DNA from: Nemertoderma westbladi
Taxonomy: Eukaryota > Animalia > Xenacoelomorpha
Assembly: GCA_032718475.1 (NCBI GenBank)
Contig: JAUCBJ010001139.1
Coordinates: 27,256 to 91,255 of the forward strand
Direction: 5' to 3'
DNA length: 64,000 nt
Positions 48,773 through 62,017 of the stretch are shown here, in pieces. Made by a program: the position numbers and the translations under genes. Within the stretch, counting starts at the first letter, position 1. Each line of letters begins with the position of its first letter. The notes beneath the pieces are model-generated. The model saw only the letters and a program-made list of their open reading frames with translations, ran no database searches and was not told the origin of the DNA.

Positions 48773-50866
48773 ATGGTAAATACTTGCATGGTATATGGCT
48801 GTACACCTGGTATAAACCTGGATCCTATTACCGGCACCTTTTCTGCAATGCTAAAAGAGAGAGTTTCTCCACAAAATGTTGTAGTAGAAGTTTCTCCAAC
48901 ACAAGCTAGAATATTGTCTGTAGAAACTACCGGCCCGCTTGCTAATGTAACACTCGTAGTGGAGAAAGATACATCCCATAATTCCCTTCTTGTCAAGGAT
49001 GCGTTTATAGGAGGAGATCCCTTCTATATGACTAATCAGACTGTATTTCGTCGCGGGCGAAACCTCACAAAATGGTCAGAATTAACAGGCCTCCTCGACA
49101 TGATGCATGTAGAATTTTATAAGAGCCAGCTGCCTCTGCAAATTATTGAACGAAAACTCCGCCAGAAGAAGGTTGGTCGGCGTTATACTGATCACGACAT
49201 AGTATTTGCCCTGGATCTTCTCTCCCGTTCGCGTTCAGCTTATTTATTTTTACGATCTGAGATGTCTTTGCCTTCGCCTCGTCTAATGCGTACGATCATG
49301 TCTGCTGTTATTTCACAGACTGATAGAGATTTTCTACGTTCAATTGTTTCATCATTAGAACAACGACAAAGGCTACTTGTAATCCAGTATGATGAAATAT
49401 ATTTAAAACCTTGAATTCAGTATCGCGGTGGAAACTTTTATGGCCTCACAAATAATGGAAAGGTGGCTAAGACTGCATTGGGTGCCCTGCTGAAGTTCGA
49501 GTTCGGTGGCCCGCGTATTCCTATTAAGTTCCTCCCTGCCGCATCTCTTACATCCGATGAACTGCTTTCATTCCATGATGATATTACTACAGCTATCGTT
49601 GATGTTGGTTGTGAAGTTATTGCTGTTGTAACTGACAACTGCCGGGTCAATCAGTCTTTCTTGGACATTATTAGTGGCAGGGGAGGAATTGCACTGTGCG
49701 ATTTCGTGCATATAATTAAGTCTATTCGAAATAACTTCTTTTCGAAGTGTAAATTTGAATTCACCAATCCAGATACGAACGAAGTGCTTATAGCAGATTG
49801 GAATGTTATTATCAATCTACAGGTCGAGGAGGAAAGCAAACTTCTGCGTCAATCGGCTCTTACAAAAAAGTCCGTTGAATTGGATAATTATGGAAAACAA
49901 AGTGTTCCACTGGCTCTCCAATTGTGGAATGATAAAACAGCCGCAGCTGTTGAAACCCGACATCCTCCCACGGCTACTCTGATTCGACTTGTTATCCGTT
50001 TCTGGCGAACTCTCTCTGATGAGCGGATAACTGACCCAGAGGAACTTAACTGGGTGATTGATTTTGCATCAGCCATGCAAACATCGAGCCTTTCTTCCGA
50101 TACAAAGAAAGGATTGCTTCGATTAACACGTGGCCTGAAAACTTTGTCAACTCGACTCCTCCTCTCTCCTGAGTATTCATATTTTCTGCCAAGCCGCTAT
50201 TCCTCCAATGATATTGAAAAATTGTTCAGTGAAGTCCGTCAAAGAAATGCAGCTTCTTATTACGTTACCCACGAGATGCTTCATAATACTATGAGGCTAA
50301 TGTTAGCGAAACATGCTTTCCATGCCGGAGTGTCTATTTCTTCCTTATGCGACATCCCTATATGCCATTCCTGTTCGAAATGCGATTGTGAACTAACTGA
50401 AGAAGCTTTATCTGAAATAGACTTTGCGTATGACTCAGTTACTACTGGAGATGTTCCCCCAACAACTCGAAGTGTCGTAGTTTATATTGGAGGTTACCTG
50501 CTCCATAAAGCCCTTAAAGATGGTCGTTCTATAGAGATGCCCGATAGCCCCGAATGTCCTCTCGAGTGGGTAGCTTATACAAAGTTAGTTTCCCGAGGAA
50601 GCCTCTGTATTCCGGCAGAAAGTTTAGTGCAGTTTATATCTTGTTGCGTAGTATTTTTTACTGTAACCGACCCATCTCTGTATTGTCTTGCACAGCTGGG
50701 TAAAGCCTTTAAGCTACTTAGTCACGGTTTTTCTTATATTCGTCTCGAGGATAAAGACTTCCGACGTGTGTCCAACATTCTTATGAACAATTTTGCCAAA
50801 CGGAAAACTGAAATTGTAGGCTCTACTGCATCAAAGAAGAAATATGCTGCCAAATATCACAAATAA
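48773..50866 (+). pseudogene. P-element/THAP9-family transposase with one in-frame TGA at 49412-49414
   Basis: Both ORFs are in the same frame; YLFLR..LPS, DEIYLKP*IQYRGG, VTDN, DFVHIIKSIRNNF, KQSVPLA, DIEKLFS, YIGGY, SRGSL. Confidence 0.92.
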
Positions 50867-51260
50867 GTATTATAGTCTATTAGATAATACCACATAATAA
50901 TTGTGCTAATAATAATAATAATATAATAATAATAATTTTCATTATTCATTTTCATTTCATTATTCACCATAATTCATATTCGATCCTAACATTTTCTCTA
51001 GTTTGATTTGTTTCATTTGTATTGAAAGTGGCTGAGAAATTAGCGATCAAAATTGTTACGGACAACAACGACGACAGACAACTCGATGACTTACTTCGTG
51101 GCTCGCCCCACAGTCCCACACTGTTAGACACAATGCATTGTATGTCTTAAAATTTGAGTAAATTGTAAAAAAAACTCTAAACTAACTAACATATGAGTGA
51201 CCCTCCCACGATATCAGAGGTTGTGTGCCTTTGCCTGGCCAGAGTAAATACGCTATTATG

Positions 51261-51465
51261 TACAGCTGTAAAGTCTACATTACTTCGCTATTGAATGTAC
51301 AGCTGTAAAGTCTACATTACTTCGCTATTGAATGTACAGCTGTAAAGTGTACATTACTTCGCTATTGAATGCACAGCTGTATAGTCTACATTACTTCGCT
51401 ATTGAATGTACAGCTGTAAAGTGTACATTACTTCGCTATTGAATGTACAGTTGTAAAGTGTACAT
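51261..51465. repeat. 37-bp tandem repeat, about 5.5 copies
   Basis: tacagctgtaaagtctacattacttcgctattgaatg. Confidence 0.95.
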
Positions 51466-51639
51466 TTAATAATAATAATAAGTGTACATATTATGGTAAT
51501 ATTGGTCAAACTATGGGTATCCAAGGTGTAATAATGCCCGCATTTCACTATGGAAGAATCTTCGATGGACGATATTTATGCTGTAATAGGCCCAGATTAA
51601 AGTTTGAAGACTTAGATCAAATAATACGACGTAGGCGCA

Positions 51640-51746
51640 TAAGTGGTGGCAAAAATTAACATTTTTTGGCTTGCTTTCTTATTTGTCTCGCTACGCTGGC
51701 CAAATAATATCGCTCGACAAAAAAGTATACTTTTTGCCACCACTTA
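51640..51746. mobile_element. Small MITE-like inverted repeat
   Basis: taagtggtggcaaaaa ... tttttgccaccactta. Confidence 0.6.
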
Positions 51747-52052
51747 AGGTATAATATTGTACTGGAACTTCTCCAATTCAAATGCTATTGTTAGAAAATC
51801 AAAGTACAGTAGATAACATGTAAGCGTGGGGCCTACACCTACTAGTATTAACTAAATTAAATTGAAATAAAGTAACATTACCAACACAGATGACACAAAA
51901 TATTTACTATTATATATTATTACCAAAAATCTATTCCTGATATAACCAAACTAATAGTATTCTAGAACTCTTTTGTTCTACAATGTGCAGTACCTACACT
52001 GTATAGTGATTCCAATTAACGGACAAGGATACGCCCATATTTTATCGGCTAG

Positions 52053-53493
52053 AGTTCCGTATAGAACTGCATTTTTTAAAACTTATGTTATTGTTACTAT
52101 GGAAACATTGAAGAGTTCTAGAACAATATAAACGCATTATCTCTATTCTAGAACATAAATAAAACCAAAATTATAATGTTCTAGAACATATAGCTCGTTT
52201 TTTTTAATTTTAAATTAGCTAGTACATTTTAAAAAATATCAAATTTGGTAGATAAATTTTCTAATAAATAAATGATATAAATAAATAATTTTCTTTGTAT
52301 TACTAGCTATAATAGCTAGCTAGCTTGAATATATGTAATAATATATATATCTACACCATGACCCGTGATATAGTGTCATTTTCTGATGACACGGACCCCC
52401 CCCCCCAAATTTTTCTACAAATCATTATCATATTGCTTGAAATTTGAAACACAACTAGTTCAACTCACCGTGGTTGTTACCATGAAGCCGAAATTTTCGA
52501 TTTCGCCTTTAAATTTTTTCTATAAGCGTTTTAAAAAAGTGTCTTTTGCGAAATCGCACCCTCTGTATCATTGCCATTCTTCACTTTAGTCGTAATTTTT
52601 TTCATATCAATAGAAAGCTTGCGTTGCAAGGATTCCAAATGTGTAACAATGTCTGAATTTCGTTGAGAAACAGCTGAGATATAGGCGTTCAAAGATTGCA
52701 AGAATTATTGTTCGCTGCAAGCAATTTATTCTATTTAATAAATACACAAAATTCTAGAACGTGTTATTTATTTTATGAGTTGGTTGGCAACAGCGGAATG
52801 CCTATACAATATCTATATTGCATAGCTAATCATACATAAACAAATTGTTCCAGAATATTGTGTATTTATTAAATAGAATAAATGGCTTGCAGCGAGCAAT
52901 AATTCTTGCAATCTTTGAATGCCTATATCTCAGCTGTTTCTCAACGAAATTCAGACATTGTTACACATTTGGAATCCTTGCAACGCCAGCTTTCTATTGA
53001 TATGAAAAAAATTACGACTAAAGTGAATAATGGCAATGATACAGAGGGTGCGATTTCGCAAAAGACACTTTTTTAAAACGCTTATAGAAAAAATTTAAAG
53101 GCGAAATCGAAAATTCCGGAAATAATTATATCATTTGTATCATTTATGCTCTAGAATAGTGTATTATACATAATATTACCTAAATAAAATAAAAAATAAT
53201 GATGTTCTAAAACATATAGCTAGTTTTTTTTAATTTTAAAATAGGTAGTAAATTTAACAAATAATACAATTTGGTACCGGTAGATGAATGTTTTAATAAT
53301 AATATAATTAAAGAATTTTTTTTATTACTAGCTATTTTATATTTAAAAAATAACTAGCTATATGTTCTAGAACATTATATTTTTTATTTTATTTATGTTC
53401 TAGAATAGTATATAATACTTTTCTATTGTTCTAGAACTCTTCAATGTTGCCATAGTAACAATAAGTTTTAAAAATGCAGTTCTATACGGAACT
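52053..53493. mobile_element. Foldback (long palindromic) element of 1.44 kb
   Basis: Outer arms agttccgtatagaactgcattttt; near-perfect inner arms 52492-52760 and 52847-53115. Confidence 0.88.
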
Positions 53494-53527
53494 GTTATCT
53501 TATCGGTAACAGTTATCTTTATCCTAG

Positions 53528-56500
53528 TGTTTATTAGAGATTATGCCAACACGCCAATTATAAACTGTTTATTAGAGATTATGCCAACACGCCAATTATA
53601 AACTGTTTATTAGAGATTAAGCCAACACGCCAATTGTAAACTGTTTATTAGAGATTATGCCAACACGCCAATTATAAACTGTTTATTAGAGATTATGCCA
53701 ACACGCCAATTATAAAATGTTTATTAGAGATTATGCCAACACGCCAATTATAAACTGTTTATTAGAGATTATGCCAACACGCCAATTATAAAATGTTTAT
53801 TAGAGATTATGGCAACACGCCAATTATAAACTGTTTATTAGAGATTATGCCAACACGCCAATTATAAACTGTTTATTAGAGATTATGCCAACACGCCAAT
53901 TATAAACTGTTTATTAGAGATTATGCCAACACGCCAATTATAAACTGTTTATTAAAGATTATGCCAACACGCCAATTATAAACTGTTTATTAGAGATTAT
54001 GTCAACACGCCAATTATAAACAGTTTATTAGAGATTATGCCAACACGCCAATTATAAACTGTTTATTAGAGATTATGCCAACACGCCAATTATAAACTGT
54101 TTATTAGAGATTATGCCAACACGCCAATTATAAACTGTTTATTAAAGATTATGCCAACACGCCAATTATAAACTGTTTATTAGAGATTATGCCAACACGC
54201 CAATTATAAACTGTTTATTAGAGATTGTGCCAACACGCCAATTATAAACTGTTTATTAGAGATTATGCCAACACGCCAATTATAAACTGTTTATTAGAGA
54301 TTATGCCAACACGCCAATTATAAACTGTTTATTAGAGATTATGCCAACACGCCAATTATAAACTGTTTATTAGAGGTTATGCCAACACGCCAATAATAAA
54401 CTGTTTATTAGAGATTATGGCAACACGCCAATAATAAACTGTTTATTAGAGATTATGGCATCACGCCAATAATAAACTGTTTATTAGAGGTTATGCCAAC
54501 AAGCCAATTATAAACTGTTTATTAGAGGTTATGCCAACACGCCAACTATAAAATGTTTATTAGAGATTATGCCAACACGCCAATTATAAACTGTTTATTA
54601 GAGGTTATGCCAACACGCCAATAATAAACTGTTCATTAGAGATTATGGCAACACGCCAATAATAAACTGTTTATTAGAGGTTATGCCAACACGCCAATTA
54701 TAAATTGTTTATTTGACGTTATGCCAACACGCCAATTATAAACTGTTTATTAGAGGTTATGCCAACACGCCAATAATAAACTGTTTATTAGAGATTATGG
54801 CATCACGCCAATAATAAACTGTTTATTAGAGGTTATGCCAACAAGCCAATTATAAACTGTTTATTAGAGGTTATGCCAACACGCCAATTATAAATTGTTT
54901 ATTTGACGTTATGCCAACACGCCAATTATAAACTGTTTATTAGAGGTTATGCCAACACGCCAATAATAAACTGTTTATTAGAGATTATGGCAACACGCCA
55001 ATAATAAACTGTTTATTAGAGGTTATGCCAACACGCCAATTATAAATTGTTTATTTGACGTTATGCCAACACGCCAATTATAAACAGTTTATTAGAGATT
55101 ATGTCAACACGCCAATTATAAATTGTTTATTTGACGTTATGCCAACACGCCAATTATAAACAGTTTATTAGAGATTATGTCAACACGCCAATTATAAACT
55201 GTTTATTAGAGATTATGCCAACACGCCAATTATAAATTGTTTATTTGACGTTATGCCAACACGCCAATTATAAACAGTTTATTAGAGATTATGTCAACAC
55301 GCCAATTATAAACTGTTTATTAGAGATTATGCCAACACGCCAATTATAAATTGTTTATTTGACGTTATGCCAACACGCCAATAATAAACTGTTTATTAGA
55401 GATTATGTCAACACGCCAATTATAAATTGTTTATTAGAGATTATGCCAACACGCCAATTATAAATTGTTTATTTGACGTTATGCCAACACGCCAATAATA
55501 AACTGTTTATTAGAGATTATGTCAACACGCCAATTATAAATTGTTTATTAGAGATTATGCCAACACGCCAATTATAAATTGTTTATTTGACGTTATGCCA
55601 ACACGCCAATAATAAACTGTTTATTAGAGATTATGGCAACACGCCAATAATATACTGTTTATTAGAGATTATGGCAACACGCCAATAATAAACTGTTTAT
55701 TAGAGGTTATGCCAACACGCCAATTATAAATTGTTTATTTGACGTTATGCCAACACGCCAATTATAAACAGTTTATTAGAGATTATGTCAACACGCCAAT
55801 TATAAACTGTTTATTAGAGGTTATGCCAACACGCCAATTATAAATTGTTTATTTGACGTTATGCCAACACGCCAATTATAAACAGTTTATTAGAGATTAT
55901 GTCAACACGCCAATTATAAACTGTTTATTAGAGATTATGCCAACACGCCAATTATAAACTGTTTATTAGAGGTTATGCCAACACGCCAATTATAAACTGT
56001 TTATTAGAGGTTATGCCAACACGCCAATTATAAATTGTTTATTTGACGTTATGCCAACACGCCAATTATAAACAGTTTATTAGAGATTATGTCAACATGC
56101 CAATTATAAATTGTTTATTTGACGTTATGCCAACACGCCAATTATAAACAGTTTATTAGAGATTATGTCAACATGCCAATTATAAATTGTTTATTTGACG
56201 TTATGCCAACACGCCAATAATAAACAGTTTATTAGAGGTTATGCCAACACGCCAATTATAAATTGTTTATTTGACGTTATGCCAACACGCCAATTATAAA
56301 CAGTTTATTAGAGATTATGTCAACATGCCAATTATAAATTGTTTATTTGACGTTATGCCAACACGCCAATAATAAACAGTTTATTAGAGATTATGTCAAC
56401 ACGCCAATTATAAACTGTTTATTAGAGATTATGTCAACATGCCAATTATAAATTGTTTATTTGACGTTATGCCAACACCCCAATAATAAAGAGTTTATTA

Positions 56501-57221
56501 GAGATTATGTCAACACGCCAATTATAAACTGTTCATTAGAGATTATGCCAACACGCCAATTATAAACTGTTTATTAGAGATTATGGCAACACGCCAATAA
56601 TAAACTGTTTATTAGAGGTTATGCCAAAACGCCAATTATAAATTGTTTATTTGACGTTATGCTAACACGCCAATTATAAACAGTTTATTAGAGATTATGT
56701 CAACACGCGAATTATAAACTGTTTATTAGAGATTATGCCAACACGCCAATTATAAACTGTTTATTAGAGATTATGGCAACACGCCAATAATAAAATGTTT
56801 ATTAGAGGTTATGCCAACACGCCAACTAGAAATTGTTTATTTGACGTTATGCCAACACGCCAATTATAAACTGTTTATTAGAGATTATGCCAACACGGCA
56901 ATTATAAACAGTTTATTAGAGATTATGCCAACACGCCAATTATAAACTGTTTATTAGAGATTATGGCAACACGCCAATTATAAATAATGTATTTAACGTT
57001 ATGCCAACACGCCAACTATAAATTGCTTATTTGACGTTAGGCCAACACGCCAATTATAAATAATGTATTTAACGTTATGCCAACACGCCAACTATAAATT
57101 GTTTATTTGACGTTATGCCAACACGCCAATTATAAATAATGTATTTATCGTTATGCCAACACGCCAATTATAAATAATGTATTTAACGTTATGTCAACAC
57201 GCCAGTTATAGATTGTTTATT
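53528..57221. repeat. 38-bp satellite, about 97 copies
   Basis: tgtttattagagattatgccaacacgccaattataaac and variants. Confidence 0.98.
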
Positions 57222-57682
57222 CGTGTATATATTAATTTATTTGTTCATTTAATTCAGTGATCTTCATAAAATTTATGTACTCAGTCAGCCAGTTATATTT
57301 AATAGGTATTGCATTTTAAAAATAAATTTAAATGAATTGTAGTTGGGCTGAGAATGATAGCGTAACTGTAATATAAACAATTAATAGTTGAATAATGATT
57401 TTGTTCAGAAATTGTAAATATATGGAAGCACGTCACCGGGGGTGGTGGGGGGGGGGGGGGGGTTGAATCGGTTTGGTCGTTGGTTCAACCCCAGGTGACC
57501 TACTTCCAAATTTTTCCAATTTCTGAACAAAATATATTTAAAATATTTGTTATTTCTAGATTTTCTAGTTAATTTTTCAATGATTTTGCGGGGGGTTATA
57601 AGGACCCAACCCCCCACCCCCTCAGGAAACTTAGAAATCAATAATATTATAAGATATTATTATTATTTATGATGAACTGATC

Positions 57683-59267
57683 TCAGGTCAGTTCAGGTAT
57701 TCTAGGTCATTGATCAAGAAAACTTGCCACCTCCACGCAGCATAAAGGAGGTGCCACCTGTAGCTGCATAGACCCTCTTACTAGGGCCAATCTGGTCCTG
57801 TAACTAGGACCACCTTCGTTCTGGGATAAGGACGCCCTTGATCCTGGATTAAGGACCCATATACTTGGCTGCAGGGGTATATGGCCTGGCCAGGCAGATG
57901 GTGATCTACCAATGGCTGGTCAGGAGTAGAGTGTTCTCATGTCCACTCTGAGTGCACTTCACTGCGACCTGCACCTGGCAGCAACAGGTTGATGCCATCA
58001 ATGATGCTGATGACAGCAGTCAATCATCCCAGGCATGGAAATCGATCAACTTGCTTACTGGGCGGAAAAGCCAACCAACCACCAAGGTTAAGGCTGAATC
58101 ACCAGCCGATCGCCTCAATGGTTGGAAGGCCCACTTTGAAAAGCTCCTCAATAATGACAGGGTATTGCCTGAGATAACTTTATAAGTAAAAGTGTCTGAG
58201 TCTGTACTCCCAGATATTCCCATTGGCGATATCTCCTTTGCAGAAGTGAAGGCTGCTGCAAAGAGCATTAAGACCAATCGTGCCAGTGGAGTAGATGGTG
58301 TTCCCCCTGAGATCTTTAAAATACCGGTTCCATTCTGGTTCATAATTGTGGTTGACTATGTCCTACGCATGTCCTTAGATCATCATAATGATGATGGGGT
58401 GATGATAACTCCACCTACTGGCTCCAGAAGTCGAGGAAATCCAGCCAAGTACTTAACTGATCTAGACTTCGCTGATGACCTCTCAGAGGCACTAGAGGGA
58501 GCTCTTCAGCTCATTAGAACAGGCTGCTTCTAGTGTTGGTCTTTTTAATAACTCCAGAAAAACCAAAATGTTGACAGTTAACTTTGAAAGTCCTCAGCAA
58601 GTCTCTGACCGGAAGAGCATAAGCTCAAAGGATGGTATGCTTGAGCATGTGGACGACTTCTGTTACCTGGGATCATGGATCCGGAAGTCAGGTGAGGAAC
58701 TTAGAATACGTAAGGGAAAGGCATGGGCAACCTTGAATAGGCTTTCCAGGACTTGGAAGTCACAGAGAATTAATCGGAAACTTAAGGTCCAATTATTTAG
58801 AGCAGCAGTAGTTCCAGTACTCCTTTATGGGAGTCCATGCTGGGCTCTAACTGCTGTGGACACCAAATCTTTGGATGGCACATTCACAAGAACGCTGCGC
58901 CGGGTTCATTGTGTCCAGTACAATGCACACACCTCCAACCAAACACTATATAACATTGGAGCTGTCTCATTGGTTCCCCTAAGCTTGACACTAGAACAAA
59001 GTCGCCTCCGCTTTGCAGGACATTGCTTTCGCCGTGATGACCAGCCAGTGCATAATCTTATGCGTTGGCAGCCTCATGGAGTTAATAAGCATGGTGGACA
59101 TCCCATGACTTTCTTGAGACGCATCTTAAAGGACACTGGCCTTGAATATGCGGATGATCTAGCAAATGTCATGGGGTGATAGGGAGTTGTGGCGGCGCAA
59201 TTTTGTCAACAAGCCGGCACAGCATTCTTAAAAATGCAGCTGCAATGCAGCATGCCGATCCTAGTAG
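57683..59267 (+). mobile_element. Internally deleted RTE-clade LINE flanked by long direct repeats
   Basis: LDFADDL, DDFCYLGS, PVLLYGS and RLRFAGHC motifs; (TAG)n tail; flanking repeats at 57597-57682 and 59268-59370. Confidence 0.9.
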
Positions 59268-59741
59268 TATAAGGACCCAACCCCATACCCCCCCCCCCCC
59301 CCCCCCCCCAGGAAACTTCGAAATCAATAATATAATAAGATACAGTATTATTATTTATGATGAACTGATCGCGAAGAATATTAGAACAATCAACCACGTA
59401 TTAATAAATTATTGTTACACCTCCATAAAGACAATTAGTACTCAATAAGTACTTACATTAAGCTCAATCACACTCTCATTACACATTTAAATACTCCAGA
59501 AAGATAAATAATAAGCAATAACTAAATACGTAATTAAACCATGCTAAATTACACTATAATTACTTAACGACATACGGTACTTCAATTCGATTAAATGAAA
59601 GTAGACAAAATAAAGTGAGCTCGGTATGATCAAGTAAGTAATAAAGTAAGCTCGTTATAATAGTATAGTAGCTAGACTGCAGAAATGTCCCTGATTGGGT
59701 GAAGACCCGTCTGGTGAAACGGCCAGGTCACTTCCAATGTT

Positions 59742-62017
59742 TCATTCCGGACTGCGTGACCGTTTACGACGCCCATCAATCAACGGAGTTATTCTATAAT
59801 TAATAACCGATGGTGATTGGCTAATATGTCCAGCACTAACGACCTGGTTAGTCTTACCCCGGGATGGCGTGGTATCCGCTAGGGAGGTATTGTTTTCCGA
59901 TATTTTCGAATTGTAACGTTTCCTAGACGACAGGGATAGTCTTGCTGATCGGCGATTGGCGGGGGTTTTAAACGGTGTTGATTCAACCGCCTCCTGTGCG
60001 ACATGAGTAGTGGGAACGCCGGCTGCGGTTATGGGATCTTCCAATGGATTGTTTAGTTCATTGGGAACAGGACGTGGTGACTCAGACGATGGGGGTATCC
60101 CGACGTCAGGGACATGTTCATCAATAACCTCCATCGGTTCAGTTGAAATAATATCCTGCTTATTTAGATCGGAAAATAATTGAACCGATTTATCTGTGAC
60201 AACTTTTTCTTGCTGATCTGGAAAGAACTGAGTTGATCTATCAATAACTTCTTGTTTATTTTGATCAGGAAAGAACTGAGTTGATCTATCAATAACTTCT
60301 TGTTGATTTTGATCAGGAAAGAACTGAGTTGATCTATCAATAACTTCTTGTTGATTTTGATCAGGAAAGAACTGAGTTGATCTATCAATAACTTCTTGTT
60401 GATTTTGATCAGGAAAGAACTGAGTTGATCTATCAATAATTTCTTGTTGAATTTGATCGGGAATAAACTGCTTTCCATGCTCACTGAAGGATACCTGCTG
60501 GTGAGCTGTATATAATTGTGTTGGTTGATTCAGGAAAGACTCGGTTACAACTGTAGGTAAGTGATTCAGATTGTCGAATTTTTCGTCTTCGGAAGTGGGA
60601 CTATCCTCGAACAATGTTGGGCTACAACTAGCAGAAGCCCTCGCGTCGGTTAGTTCAACAATATCCATTGCTGGTGGAGCAAGCGAAACAATGCCATCGT
60701 TCTCCATAGATTCCTCCGCGTTCGCCGTCATTCCGCATGAACTCCGATCAGCGCCGGAAACCTGTAACGTCGGCCTCCCTTCTTCAAGTGCTCCCCTGGC
60801 TGATTTCCCCTCACCTACGCCGTTACCCTCGCCTGTAACTAAGTCCCCGTTGTTTCTAGGTCGTGATGAGGGCAATATTACAGAATGAAACCGAGCAGAT
60901 CTAGGGATAAACCTATGGGAACCCGGTTCAACATCAACAAATGAAGCCCCGTCGACAAAACGAATAATCGTCTTACCATTCGAGTTGTTGAATAATATTT
61001 CGTTGGAATCAGATCGCCGACCAATTGCGGGTATTGCGGGTGCGGGAGTACCTAGTATTGCGGGTGCAGGAGTACCTAGTATTGCGGGTGCGGGTGCGGG
61101 AGTACCTAGTATTGCGGGTGCGGGAGTACCTAGTATTGCGGGTGCGGGTGGGGGTTGGGGAGTACCTAGTATTACGGGTGCGGGAGTACCTAGTATTGCG
61201 GGTGCGGGTGCGGGAGTACCTAGTATTGCGGGTGCGGGAGTACCTAGTATTGCGGTTGCGGGAGTACCTAGTATTGCGGGTGTGGGTGTAGCTGATACTG
61301 CTAGTTTGGGTGTTTGGAACACCGGTACGTATGGTAACTCGGACGGTCGCATTGGCCCACGTTGTGGTGACGTCATGGTCGGTCTTTGCCAATTCTCCTT
61401 AGATTCTACGAAGAGTTGGAGACTTTGCGAAGCTTCGGAGAATGATGAATAGGCGTGAACTCGTCCACGAACCCATTTACTTAATCCTTTCGTGTATTTA
61501 CCCGGGGAATTAACAAACCTAAAACACACAATAGTCAGTTAACAATAATGTTAACAATAATGTCGTGACCAATGATAAACAACCGCGACCTCTATACTAA
61601 CAGCAGAACTGTTGAACAGACCAATACCCGTTAATATCCTTCTGCCAACCTAATAAGCTCTCGCCTATCCAATAAGACACAAAGACTGCTCTACTGTTAA
61701 GTAAAGGGGATCAGGAGCGTGATATTACTAAATTGTAAGGGTTGCTAAACACAAAACCGCTACTTACCGTTGGATGGCGCTAATCTGCCGTCCGCTAATA
61801 TATTTTACTAATTTTACACAACTCCTGCAAAATCGCTTGTTCCTTTCTCTACCGATCGCTCGATAGAGAGCTAACTGTTCGAATCTATGAGCCACGCGGG
61901 AATAACCAAAACAATAAACCCGAGTCGGCTCCCTAAGCTTACTTAAGACGAGTGCGAGAGGCTTTGCACTCAGAGTATTCTTACGCCTAATTCTATCACT
62001 ATTAAAGCACGCTATTG
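59742..62017 (-). CDS. Uncharacterised spliced low-complexity protein; terminal exon 61518-59742 and upstream exon ending at 61768 (5' extent uncertain)
   Basis: 595-codon open frame; acceptor gttttag at 61519; donor gtaagt at 61767; upstream frame is open and phase-compatible (FEQLALYRAIGRERNKRFCRSCVK...). Confidence 0.55.
60215..60465 (-). repeat. 48-bp coding repeat (STQFFPDQNQQEVIDR), about 5 copies
   Basis: Direct inspection of the repeat period. Confidence 0.9.
61030..61285 (-). repeat. 24/30-bp coding repeat (PAILGTPA), about 9 copies
   Basis: gcgggagtacctagtattgcgggt. Confidence 0.9.

Larger units (their letters stand above)
48022..51260 (+). mobile_element. TIR-bounded element carrying a P-element/THAP9-type transposase
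   Basis: 65-bp inverted repeats at 48022-48086 and 51196-51260 with 2 mismatches, each flanked by TA. Confidence 0.8.

Noticed and set aside
49412-49414. Selenocysteine or readthrough TGA in the transposase
   Set aside because: Not a known Cys position and no SECIS recognised; a nonsense mutation is simpler
53528-57221. CRISPR-like array (38-bp unit)
   Set aside because: Head-to-tail tandem repeat with no spacers
57683-57860. HDV-like ribozyme in the RTE 5' region
   Set aside because: acc-tccacgc resembles P3/L3, but I could not build P3', P1 or P2 pairings
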